Shown: one piece after another, positions 1-6,460 of the stretch | How the letters are laid out: each line of letters begins with the position of its first letter | Position numbering within the stretch: position 1 is the stretch's first letter | Notes under the pieces: generated by a model | Seen by the model: only the letters and a program-made list of their open reading frames with translations | Databases searched by the model: none | Told to the model about the DNA's origin: nothing | Position numbers and translations under genes: made by a program | From: Candidatus Beckwithbacteria bacterium | Lineage (GTDB): Bacteria > Patescibacteriota > Microgenomatia > UBA1400 > CG1-02-47-37 | Reading direction: 5' to 3' | Length of the DNA stretch: 55,593 nt | Assembly: GCA_043803225.1 (NCBI GenBank) | Contig: JAZDKF010000047.1 | Coordinates: 1 to 55,593 of the forward strand

Positions 1-99
1 CCTTGGCAAGACTGTCGGCGCCGGTCGTCCGGCGGCCGCGATGTCGCCCGAACTGTCGCAACTTCCTGTATCTGTAAGCTCTATGGTAGAATTAGCATA

Positions 100-135
100 G
101 CGTTCTTTGAAGTAAGTCCGAGCTTCGTTGTAAAC
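100..135 (-). pseudogene. Start-less fragment resembling the C-terminal tail of a Patescibacteria serine recombinase (VYNEARTYFKER)
   Basis: Minus-strand frame reads VYNEARTYFKER, preceded by an in-frame stop at 154-156 with no start codon, and stays open to the window edge. It has the same xRTYFK motif as 14344-14394. Family link is from recall. Confidence 0.4.
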
Positions 136-139
136 TCGC

Positions 140-757
140 TCACTTACTGATCGTTATTCTGGCTCCAGAAAGATTGGCAAGTTCACTACTGGATGATTTT
201 ATTTCAACCACATAAACATTATTACCGGAGTGAAGTTTAAAACTGGGCGAAGTTTTCCAAACAATAGAATTAGTATTATTATAAATTTCCGTTATCGACA
301 TAATCGCGCCAGTAGTTTTATTTTTTAATCTGGCCCAGGCTTCGCCGTTAACTATGGATAATCCGGCTTCAAAATAAGCAATAACATCGGCAGGATAGTC
401 ATTACTGTTAAGCCGGACTTCAACATTAGTGACAGTCCAGTCTGTCTGAGTCGTACTAGCCGAGCCTAAATAAACTATCTGCGGCTGGAAAGGGATTGAT
501 GGGGCTGGGGCAGGATTGACATAGGGTATTAATGAGGGTGATGACTGAAGGGTTGGATTTAATGACGGAGAAGGTTCAAGAGATAAAGAAGGTGTGGGAG
601 AAGGTAAATTTAAGTTGGTGACAATTTTTGATTCTTGCAGTGTTTTTAAAGCGGTAATTTTTTGATTGAGATTTTTCTGCCCTATTCCCAAACCAATTAT
701 TAGTAAAAAGTTAATAGCAAGAACTATTGAAATTATAATTTTAAATCGTTCCATCAA
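140..757 (-). CDS. Hypothetical membrane-anchored surface protein with Pro/Ser-rich linker
   Basis: N-terminal hydrophobic helix (IIISIVLAINFLLIIGLGIG), PSPTPS/PSPS linker and beta-rich C-terminal domain. TATACT -10 box just upstream on the minus strand. Confidence 0.75.
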   Translation of the reverse strand: MMERFKIIISIVLAINFLLIIGLGIGQKNLNQKITALKTLQESKIVTNLNLPSPTPSLSLEPSPSLNPTLQSSPSLIPYVNPAPAPSIPFQPQIVYLGSASTTQTDWTVTNVEVRLNSNDYPADVIAYFEAGLSIVNGEAWARLKNKTTGAIMSITEIYNNTNSIVWKTSPSFKLHSGNNVYVVEIKSSSSELANLSGARITISK

Positions 758-787
758 ATATTAGTATACATGATAGAATTAGCGTAA

Positions 788-860
788 GCGCCAGTAGCTC
801 AGCGGATAGAGCATCCGCCTTCTAAGCGGAGGGCCGCAGGTTCGATTCCTGCCTGGCGCA
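788..860 (+). tRNA. tRNA-Arg(UCU)
   Basis: GCGCCAG/CTGGCGC acceptor stem, anticodon loop CTTCTAA, T-arm GCAGG-TTCGATT-CCTGC; no encoded CCA. Confidence 0.95.
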
Positions 861-906
861 CTTCGCTTCGCTCAGTGCAAGCCCTTCGGAAATACCTCAG
901 GGCAAG
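861..906 (+). repeat. Two tandem REP-like units (CTTCG..CTCAG-KGCAAG) directly after tRNA-Arg
   Basis: CTTCGCTTCGCTCAGTGCAAG (861-881) and CCCTTCGGAAATACCTCAGGGCAAG (882-906). Confidence 0.6.
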
Positions 907-933
907 CATAAAAGTGGTAAAATATATTTAGAT

Positions 934-1008
934 GGTGGCTGTAGCTCAGTTGGTTAGAGCGCCTGCCTGTGGAGCAGGAGGCCGGCGGTTCAAGTCCGCT
1001 CAGCCACC
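934..1008 (+). tRNA. tRNA-His(GUG) with encoded G-1
   Basis: G-GTGGCTG/CAGCCAC-C acceptor, anticodon arm CCTGC-CTGTGGA-GCAGG, TTCAAGT T-loop. Confidence 0.95.
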
Positions 1009-1031
1009 CTTCGACTTCGCTCAGTGTAAAC
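1007..1031 (+). repeat. Third REP-like unit directly after tRNA-His
   Basis: CCCTTCGACTTCGCTCAGTGTAAAC, similar to the units at 861-906. Confidence 0.6.
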
Positions 1032-1047
1032 GATCGCTAGTTCACCC
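1023..1047 (+). repeat. Cassette-boundary repeat R0 (degenerate)
   Basis: AGTGTAAAC-GATC-GCTAGTTCACCC; right half matches GCTAGATCACCC of R2. Confidence 0.5.
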
Positions 1048-1077
1048 AAAGTGTATAAAATTAGATCAAAGTATATC

Positions 1078-1106
1078 TTGACACGCTTTTAAAAGTAGTG
1101 TTTAAT
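1078..1106 (+). promoter_or_regulatory. Putative sigma70 promoter upstream of the hairpin/NYN gene
   Basis: TTGACA (1078-1083), 17 nt, TTTAAT (1101-1106). Confidence 0.5.
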
Positions 1107-1119
1107 ATAATTATTCTCG

Positions 1120-1153
1120 CCTCGTCCATGCCTTACGGCCCGACGAGGTTTTT
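1120..1153 (+). terminator. Intrinsic terminator-like hairpin in front of the NYN gene
   Basis: CCTCGTC / GACGAGG stem with inner GCC-TTAC-GGC, followed by TTTTT. Confidence 0.55.
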
Positions 1154-1161
1154 GTTATAAT
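1153..1161 (+). promoter_or_regulatory. Extended -10 promoter (leaderless NYN start)
   Basis: TG-T-TATAAT, 5 nt before ATG 1167. Confidence 0.6.
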
Positions 1162-1166
1162 GAGTT

Positions 1167-1769
1167 ATGCCGAGACAAAAGAAGAAAATACTTTATATCG
1201 ATGGAGAGAACTTAAAGTTTTATATTAAAAGTGTTTTGGCTTCAAAATCAATCCAGAAGCCCTATTTATTAGAAACTATTGATTACGCAAGGTTGTTTTC
1301 TTTTGCATTAAAAGATTTTGATTTATCTGAAAAAAGATTTTATTCAGCGAGACTGAGGGAACAAGAAGGATTTTTAACAAAATCTAGAGAGTTGATTCAA
1401 AAACAACGGGCATTAAAATCGAGGCTAGAACAACAAGGATTTATTTTTATTATCTCTGGTAATGTCAGAAAACAAACCGTGAGCCTTAATGGAAAAAAGA
1501 AAATAATATTTAAAGAAAAGGGCGTGGATGTAAGAATTGCAGTTGATTTGGTAACTGAATCTTGTGACGGTAAAGTAGACACAGTGATTTTATGCAGTTC
1601 AGATTCAGATTTACAGCCAGCAGTTTCAGAAGTGAAAAAGAGAGGCGTTGAGGTTGTGTATTTAGGTTTTGAAATTTTCCACAATAAGGGGTTATCCTAC
1701 ACATCTAGCAGGACGATTCTTTTGAGGAATTCGGAAGTACTGGAGTCGTATAATCAAAATTCTGAATAG
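1167..1769 (+). CDS. NYN domain (LabA/DUF88, PIN-like) putative ribonuclease
   Basis: YIDGENL, EKGVDVRIAVD and SSDSDLQP acidic motifs typical of NYN/LabA. Confidence 0.9.
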   Translation: MPRQKKKILYIDGENLKFYIKSVLASKSIQKPYLLETIDYARLFSFALKDFDLSEKRFYSARLREQEGFLTKSRELIQKQRALKSRLEQQGFIFIISGNVRKQTVSLNGKKKIIFKEKGVDVRIAVDLVTESCDGKVDTVILCSSDSDLQPAVSEVKKRGVEVVYLGFEIFHNKGLSYTSSRTILLRNSEVLESYNQNSE

Positions 1770-1815
1770 TTTCCAACGTCCCGCCAGGGGCGGGCAAGCG
1801 TTAGCTAGAGCACCC
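1768..1815 (+). repeat. Cassette-boundary repeat R1 interrupted by a GC hairpin
   Basis: AGTTTCCAAC-GTC-[CCGCCAGGGGCGGGCAAGCGTTA]-GCTAGAGCACCC; overlaps NYN stop codon. Confidence 0.55.
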
Positions 1816-1861
1816 ATCGAAAATTACCTCAAGAGAATCCCCTATTGTATAATATTCACCT

Positions 1862-2212
1862 ATGAGAATTGTTGAAGGTCAACCACCAAATTGCAGAGGA
1901 TATGCACTACATCAATTAGGTCTTTTAGATAAAGAGGCCTTTATTGATGAAAGTCCTTTAGATCAATACCCTTTAATTGAAGCTTCAAAGGAAGAAGCAA
2001 CTGCAATCGGCGTATTGGCCTTTGATAGTCAGGGAGTTCTCGGATTGAGGCATTTAATGGTAATTGACACTGAGAATAAAAACTATGTTTGGCACAGGCC
2101 TAGCACAGGCCAAGATCCTGTTAGAGAAGGTTTATGGACTGCTTTAAATTTGTATGATGAGGGAATTAGTCGCATGGATTCTCTCGTTTACCTAAAGCCA
2201 ATTAATGGATAG
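1862..2212 (+). CDS. Hypothetical protein, possible minimal papain-like (Cys/His) fold
   Basis: 116 aa ORF with TATAAT 8 nt upstream; NCRGYAL...RHLMVI...WHRP pattern. Confidence 0.65.
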   Translation: MRIVEGQPPNCRGYALHQLGLLDKEAFIDESPLDQYPLIEASKEEATAIGVLAFDSQGVLGLRHLMVIDTENKNYVWHRPSTGQDPVREGLWTALNLYDEGISRMDSLVYLKPING

Positions 2213-2239
2213 GTTCTAACGTCATTCGCTAGATCACCC
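2211..2239 (+). repeat. Cassette-boundary repeat R2
   Basis: AGGTTCTAAC-GTCATTC-GCTAGATCACCC; overlaps the stop codon of the preceding gene. Confidence 0.7.
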
Positions 2240-2289
2240 ACTAGGCCTATAATATTGTTAATTGTCTATTGAAGTGGTAAAATTGTTTG

Positions 2290-2745
2290 ATGCCAGAGAT
2301 TCAAAATAGATTTCATCCTGAATTTTCTCAGAGAGAAACTGTATTAAGCACAGGCATACATGTTCTGGAAATAGTTTCAGAAGAACGGAGGCCTTTAGAG
2401 GCAATTGTTTTTGGTGGTTCGTACGCCCAAGGTAAATATAAGCATAGCGAAGATTTGGATGTCGATTTTTATTGGGGTGAGTGTGATTTAATAAATGTGG
2501 TTACTTTTGCTCAAGTTGTAGCAACTTAAGCGTTTTTAGAAGCAAATTTTAGTTTACACATCAGAATAAATATAAGCCGATCAGGGCAAGTGGTAACAAA
2601 ATCAAAATATAACATTTTTGCACCCCCTACATTAGTAGAACAGTTATCTTTAGATCGGGTTAAAGCTTTGCCTCTTGTTCATAGGAATTCACCTTTTATT
2701 GCCAAAAATCAAGAAGTTGTTGACTTTTGGAGGTTAATAGCTTGA
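2290..2745 (+). pseudogene. Minimal nucleotidyltransferase (pol-beta superfamily) interrupted by in-frame TAA at 2527-2529
   Basis: FGGSYAQG...DLDVD motif; the same frame stays open for 71 more codons after the TAA (AFLEANF...FWRLIA, TGA 2743-2745); TGGTAAAAT 6 nt upstream of ATG. Confidence 0.65.
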
Positions 2746-2809
2746 ATGGTGGCACAAGGTTTTAATTTAAGATAGCTTGAGAATAACGTTTAAAGAAAAA
2801 GCGGAAAAG

Positions 2810-2837
2810 AGGTTCTAACATCATTTGTTAGTCACCC
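2810..2837 (+). repeat. Cassette-boundary repeat R3
   Basis: AGGTTCTAAC-ATCATTT-GTTAGTCACCC; perfect CTAAC/GTTAG inverted core around a 7-nt spacer. Confidence 0.7.
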
Positions 2838-2925
2838 TTAGTTTTTTCTTCGAAAGAATCCCCTAACCATTTCATTTGATTCGAACCTATTTACCCAAGA
2901 AACTAATTAATGGTAGAATTAATTT

Positions 2926-3090
2926 ATGACATTTCAAAAGAATCCAAAACAGAAAAACAATTATCCGGATATGCTGGCAGGTTATGAAAAACAAAGAGCC
3001 GGAAACTGGAATCGATTAAAGCAAAAAATTAAACCAAATTTCAGTTTACGGCAGGGTTTTGTTCCAAGTGCCAGGAAAGTACCGACTTAG
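2926..3090 (+). CDS. Small basic hypothetical protein (54 aa), not in the ORF track
   Basis: MTFQKNPKQKNNYPDMLAGYEKQRAGNWNRLKQKIKPNFSLRQGFVPSARKVPT; TG-G-TAGAAT 6 nt before ATG. Confidence 0.55.
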   Translation: MTFQKNPKQKNNYPDMLAGYEKQRAGNWNRLKQKIKPNFSLRQGFVPSARKVPT

Positions 3091-4226
3091 GGCATTAAAG
3101 AGATGGCGATACCTTTTTTGTCGGCCCTGGCAGTTCGGCCGATTCGGTGAATATAATCTTCCTGGGTTTCGGGCAAATCAAAATTAATGACATGAGTAAC
3201 GTTGTCAATATCCAATCCCCTTTGGGCGACATCGGTGGCCAGAAGAATTTTTACTTCACCTTTTTTAAATTGGGCTAAAGCCCGTTGTCTTTGACCTTGG
3301 GTTTTGTTGCCATGAATCGAGGTCGCTTTGAACCCTCTCTTTAGCAAATTTAAGCTAAGTTTTTCCATCTCCCATTTGGTCCGGCCAAACACCAGAACTT
3401 TATTAAAGCCCGGTTGGATTAACAGATCATGAAGAACATCAATTTTATTTTTTCCGGCAAGACGGACAATTTTTTGAACCACGTTTTCAGCAATATCTTT
3501 AGTTTTAACGGAAATTATAACCGGATTTCTTAAAAAACGAGCCATCACTTCTTTAACCTTGCCTTCAATGGTGGCAGAGAAAAATAATGACTGTCTTGGT
3601 TGAGGTAATAACGAAATTAAATGCTGAACATCGTAGATAAAACCCATATCTAACATTCTGTCGACTTCGTCTAAAACAATAGTAGTAAAGTTTCTTAAGT
3701 TTAGAACCCGTCTTTGCTCTAAATCTTTTAATCGGCCGGGAGTACCGATGACAAATTGAGGATTTTGCCTTAGCCGGCTGATTTGGTTACCCATACCGAC
3801 TCCACCAATGCAAAGGACTGAGCCTAATCTTAAGTTTTGACTAAGAGCCCGAAATTCTTCTTCAATTTGGGCGGCTAGTTCCCTAGTGGGAGTAATAATT
3901 AAGACTTTTTTTCCCCTGTTTTTAAAAGTTTTATCGATTAAAGGAATTAAAAAGGCCGCGGTTTTACCCGTACCGGTGTTGGCGATACCAACCACATCTT
4001 TTCCATTAATAATTAAAGGGATAACTTTATCTTGAATTGGAGTCGGGATTAAATAGCCTCGATTGATTATATTTGTCTGGATTTGATACTCAACCGGGAA
4101 ACTTTGAAACTCATTCTCGATAGCAACTACATCCAAGGGTGACTGATTTTGGACCCGATTAATAAAATTAGACGGATCAAATGATCGCGTTTGCCTGCGG
4201 GGACGGAAAGATCTTCGGCGAAACAT
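3087..4226 (-). CDS. DEAD-box RNA helicase
   Basis: Q motif PTPIQ, GTGKT, PTRELA, DEVD, SAT, HRIGRTAR. Confidence 0.95.
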   Translation of the reverse strand: MFRRRSFRPRRQTRSFDPSNFINRVQNQSPLDVVAIENEFQSFPVEYQIQTNIINRGYLIPTPIQDKVIPLIINGKDVVGIANTGTGKTAAFLIPLIDKTFKNRGKKVLIITPTRELAAQIEEEFRALSQNLRLGSVLCIGGVGMGNQISRLRQNPQFVIGTPGRLKDLEQRRVLNLRNFTTIVLDEVDRMLDMGFIYDVQHLISLLPQPRQSLFFSATIEGKVKEVMARFLRNPVIISVKTKDIAENVVQKIVRLAGKNKIDVLHDLLIQPGFNKVLVFGRTKWEMEKLSLNLLKRGFKATSIHGNKTQGQRQRALAQFKKGEVKILLATDVAQRGLDIDNVTHVINFDLPETQEDYIHRIGRTARADKKGIAISLMP

Positions 4227-4234
4227 AAATTTTT

Positions 4235-4726
4235 TTAGGTTTTTAGACTAGATTTTAAACCGGACAGAAGTAATATTTTCGCCTGTTGGGGAGAGATATG
4301 ATTTACGGCGGCAATTTCTTCAGTGATTTGAATTAAAGCCTGTTGAAAAATGGTTAACTTGCCTCCGGGAAGCGTATTTGATTTTTCTTGTTTTTCCAAC
4401 CAGAGAGTTTTAATTACCCAAAGAGTATCAGCAAATTTATTTTGTCTTAAAGCCGTGTCAGCATTATAAACTGGACAGCGATCTTTAGTAAGCGGTTTTT
4501 TAATAATCAGATCAAGCAATTGTTTTAATTTAGCTTTGGAAACCAAGGGACGGATATGTCCTTCATGAGCTTGGCCGCGTTTAAGGGTAAAAGTTAAGCT
4601 GTTTTTAGTTTTTAAGGTTGAAAACGGCTGTAAACTAACAGTATCTTGATTAATTTGAAAAACTTTCATGACTTTTCCATAGCGAACAACCAAATCGCCG
4701 ACAGTTAAATTGGTTGTATTGGCCAT
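4235..4726 (-). CDS. CarD/TRCF-like transcription factor (divergent)
   Basis: GDLVV at the N-terminus, HIRPLVS, LPGGKLTIFQQALIQITEEIAAV resemble the CarD layout; AAGGA SD upstream. Confidence 0.55.
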   Translation of the reverse strand: MANTTNLTVGDLVVRYGKVMKVFQINQDTVSLQPFSTLKTKNSLTFTLKRGQAHEGHIRPLVSKAKLKQLLDLIIKKPLTKDRCPVYNADTALRQNKFADTLWVIKTLWLEKQEKSNTLPGGKLTIFQQALIQITEEIAAVNHISPQQAKILLLSGLKSSLKT

Positions 4727-4770
4727 AACCTATCCTTTGACTGATCCTTACTGATGAAGTACAGATGTTA

Positions 4771-5364
4771 TTATAACATATCTTGGGAGCTAATAGTGAC
4801 CGTTTTAACAATGATAGGAGTAATTGGTTTTGATTTTTCTCCAGTTGAATTAGCGGTGACTGCGGCGGTGGCGATTTTATCAACTGTGTCCAAACCGGCA
4901 ATTACCTGACCGAAGATAACGTAATTTTTAGGCAGGGGGTTGGCCTGGTGCATAATAAAAAACTGAGAACCATTAGTATTAGGACCAGAATTGGCCATAG
5001 CCACAGCCCCGCGGATATAGTCACCGGAAAACGGTTCATCGTCAAACTTATAACCAGGCCCGCCAGTACCGTCACCCTGAGGATCGCCGCCTTGAATCAT
5101 AAAGCCATTAATAATCCGATGAAAGATAGTTTGGTCATAAAAACCTTTTTCAGCCAAAGAAATAAAGTTTTTGGCAGTAATTGGAGTATCTTTAGTATTT
5201 AAGCGGATCACAATATCTCCGAGATCGGTTTGCAGAGTAGCACTATATATTTTTAGTGAAGCTGTGGGAATTGAGGTTTGAGAATTGTTAGTTATTTGTT
5301 TAATTAAAAATAACCCGACGGCAATCGCGGCTAATAAAACTATTAGAATTTTAGTATTATTCAT
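4771..5364 (-). CDS. ppiA: Cyclophilin-type peptidyl-prolyl cis-trans isomerase with N-terminal membrane anchor
   Basis: FHRIINGFMIQGGDP, AMANSGPNTNGSQFFI. Confidence 0.9.
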   Translation of the reverse strand: MNNTKILIVLLAAIAVGLFLIKQITNNSQTSIPTASLKIYSATLQTDLGDIVIRLNTKDTPITAKNFISLAEKGFYDQTIFHRIINGFMIQGGDPQGDGTGGPGYKFDDEPFSGDYIRGAVAMANSGPNTNGSQFFIMHQANPLPKNYVIFGQVIAGLDTVDKIATAAVTANSTGEKSKPITPIIVKTVTISSQDML

Positions 5365-5383
5365 CTTTAGCTATAATACCAGT

Positions 5384-6460
5384 ATGAATAAGAGGTTTAA
5401 ATATAGCAAGGGAGAGTTAAACTGTCCAGTATTTTTTCCTGATGCGACCAGAGCAGTGATTAAGTCTTTGGATTCGGTGGATATTGCTAAGACCAAAACC
5501 GAAGGCATTTTAGTGAACACTTTTCATTTGTTAACGGATATGGGTAAGAAGATAAAAAACGTCAAACAATTCATGAATTGGTCGGGGGCAGTCATTTCTG
5601 ATTCAGGCGGATTTCAGGTGATGAGTTTGGCAAAAACCCAAGGGGGGAAAGTAAGCGATTTGGGAGTGAAGTTTAATTTAAGCAAAAAGAAATCGATCCT
5701 GCTGACTCCAGAAAAATCAATTGAGTTTCAAATGAGGCTGAACCCGGACATGCTGGTGGTTTTAGATGATTTTACTTTAGCTAAAGCCAGTTATAAAGAA
5801 GCTAAAGAAACTGTCGACAGAACGGTGTTATGGGCGAAAAGATCAAAGATCGAGTTTGAAAAAATCTGCAAGAGAAAAAAAATATCCAAAGCTAGCCGGC
5901 CGTATTTACTGGCAGTAGTGCAAGGCGGAGATTATTTAGATTTAAGAAAAGTGTGTGCGGAAAAACTGATAGAAATCGGTTTTGACGGTTATGGGTATGG
6001 CGGTTGGCCATTAACTGACGAGAATAAATTTAATTATGCCGTCGCTGAAACAATTGCCAAGATAATTCCGAAGCAGTTCTTTTTATATGGTTTAGGAATC
6101 GGCAAACCTGACGAAGTAGTTAATCTGGTTAAACTGGGCTATGATATTTTTGACTGTGTGTTGCCAACCAGAGATGCCAGACACGGCCGGTTATATATTT
6201 ATACAGCTAAGGATATTAAATCAATAGATTTAACTCAACCAGAATTTTATCAATACTTTTCTCCGGATAAAGACAGAAATTACGCAGACGTCCGGCCGGT
6301 TAGTACGGCTTGTGACTGTTTACTTTGTACAAATTATTCTAGGGCATACTTAAGGCATTTGTTTAAAATTAACGATTCCACGGCGATGAGACTGGCAACG
6401 ATTCATAACTTAAGGTTTTACTCAATTTTAATGGAAAAGTTAAAGGGTAAAGTTTTTTAG
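5384..6460 (+). CDS. tgt: tRNA-guanine transglycosylase
   Basis: NTFHL, DSGGFQ, FDCVLPTR, CDCLLC zinc site; start moved to ATG 5384 (TATAAT 6 nt upstream). Confidence 0.9.
   Translation: MNKRFKYSKGELNCPVFFPDATRAVIKSLDSVDIAKTKTEGILVNTFHLLTDMGKKIKNVKQFMNWSGAVISDSGGFQVMSLAKTQGGKVSDLGVKFNLSKKKSILLTPEKSIEFQMRLNPDMLVVLDDFTLAKASYKEAKETVDRTVLWAKRSKIEFEKICKRKKISKASRPYLLAVVQGGDYLDLRKVCAEKLIEIGFDGYGYGGWPLTDENKFNYAVAETIAKIIPKQFFLYGLGIGKPDEVVNLVKLGYDIFDCVLPTRDARHGRLYIYTAKDIKSIDLTQPEFYQYFSPDKDRNYADVRPVSTACDCLLCTNYSRAYLRHLFKINDSTAMRLATIHNLRFYSILMEKLKGKVF

Noticed and set aside
2527-2529. Stop-codon reassignment (alternative genetic code)
   Set aside because: TAA, TAG and TGA all terminate conserved genes at expected positions in this window, and only one in-frame stop was found.
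1023-2837. R0-R3 as a CRISPR array or canonical integron attC sites
   Set aside because: The spacers are whole genes of 400-750 bp, no cas or intI gene is present, and the palindromic core is only 17 bp, far below attC length. They are kept as an unexplained cassette-boundary repeat instead.
5285-5383. Extended N-termini in the ORF track (tgt 5285, thiN 12509, 14248, 20268, 23262, 33001, 42447, 54115, 55319)
   Set aside because: They overlap neighbouring genes or tRNAs. A downstream ATG with a correctly spaced -10 box or SD fits better.
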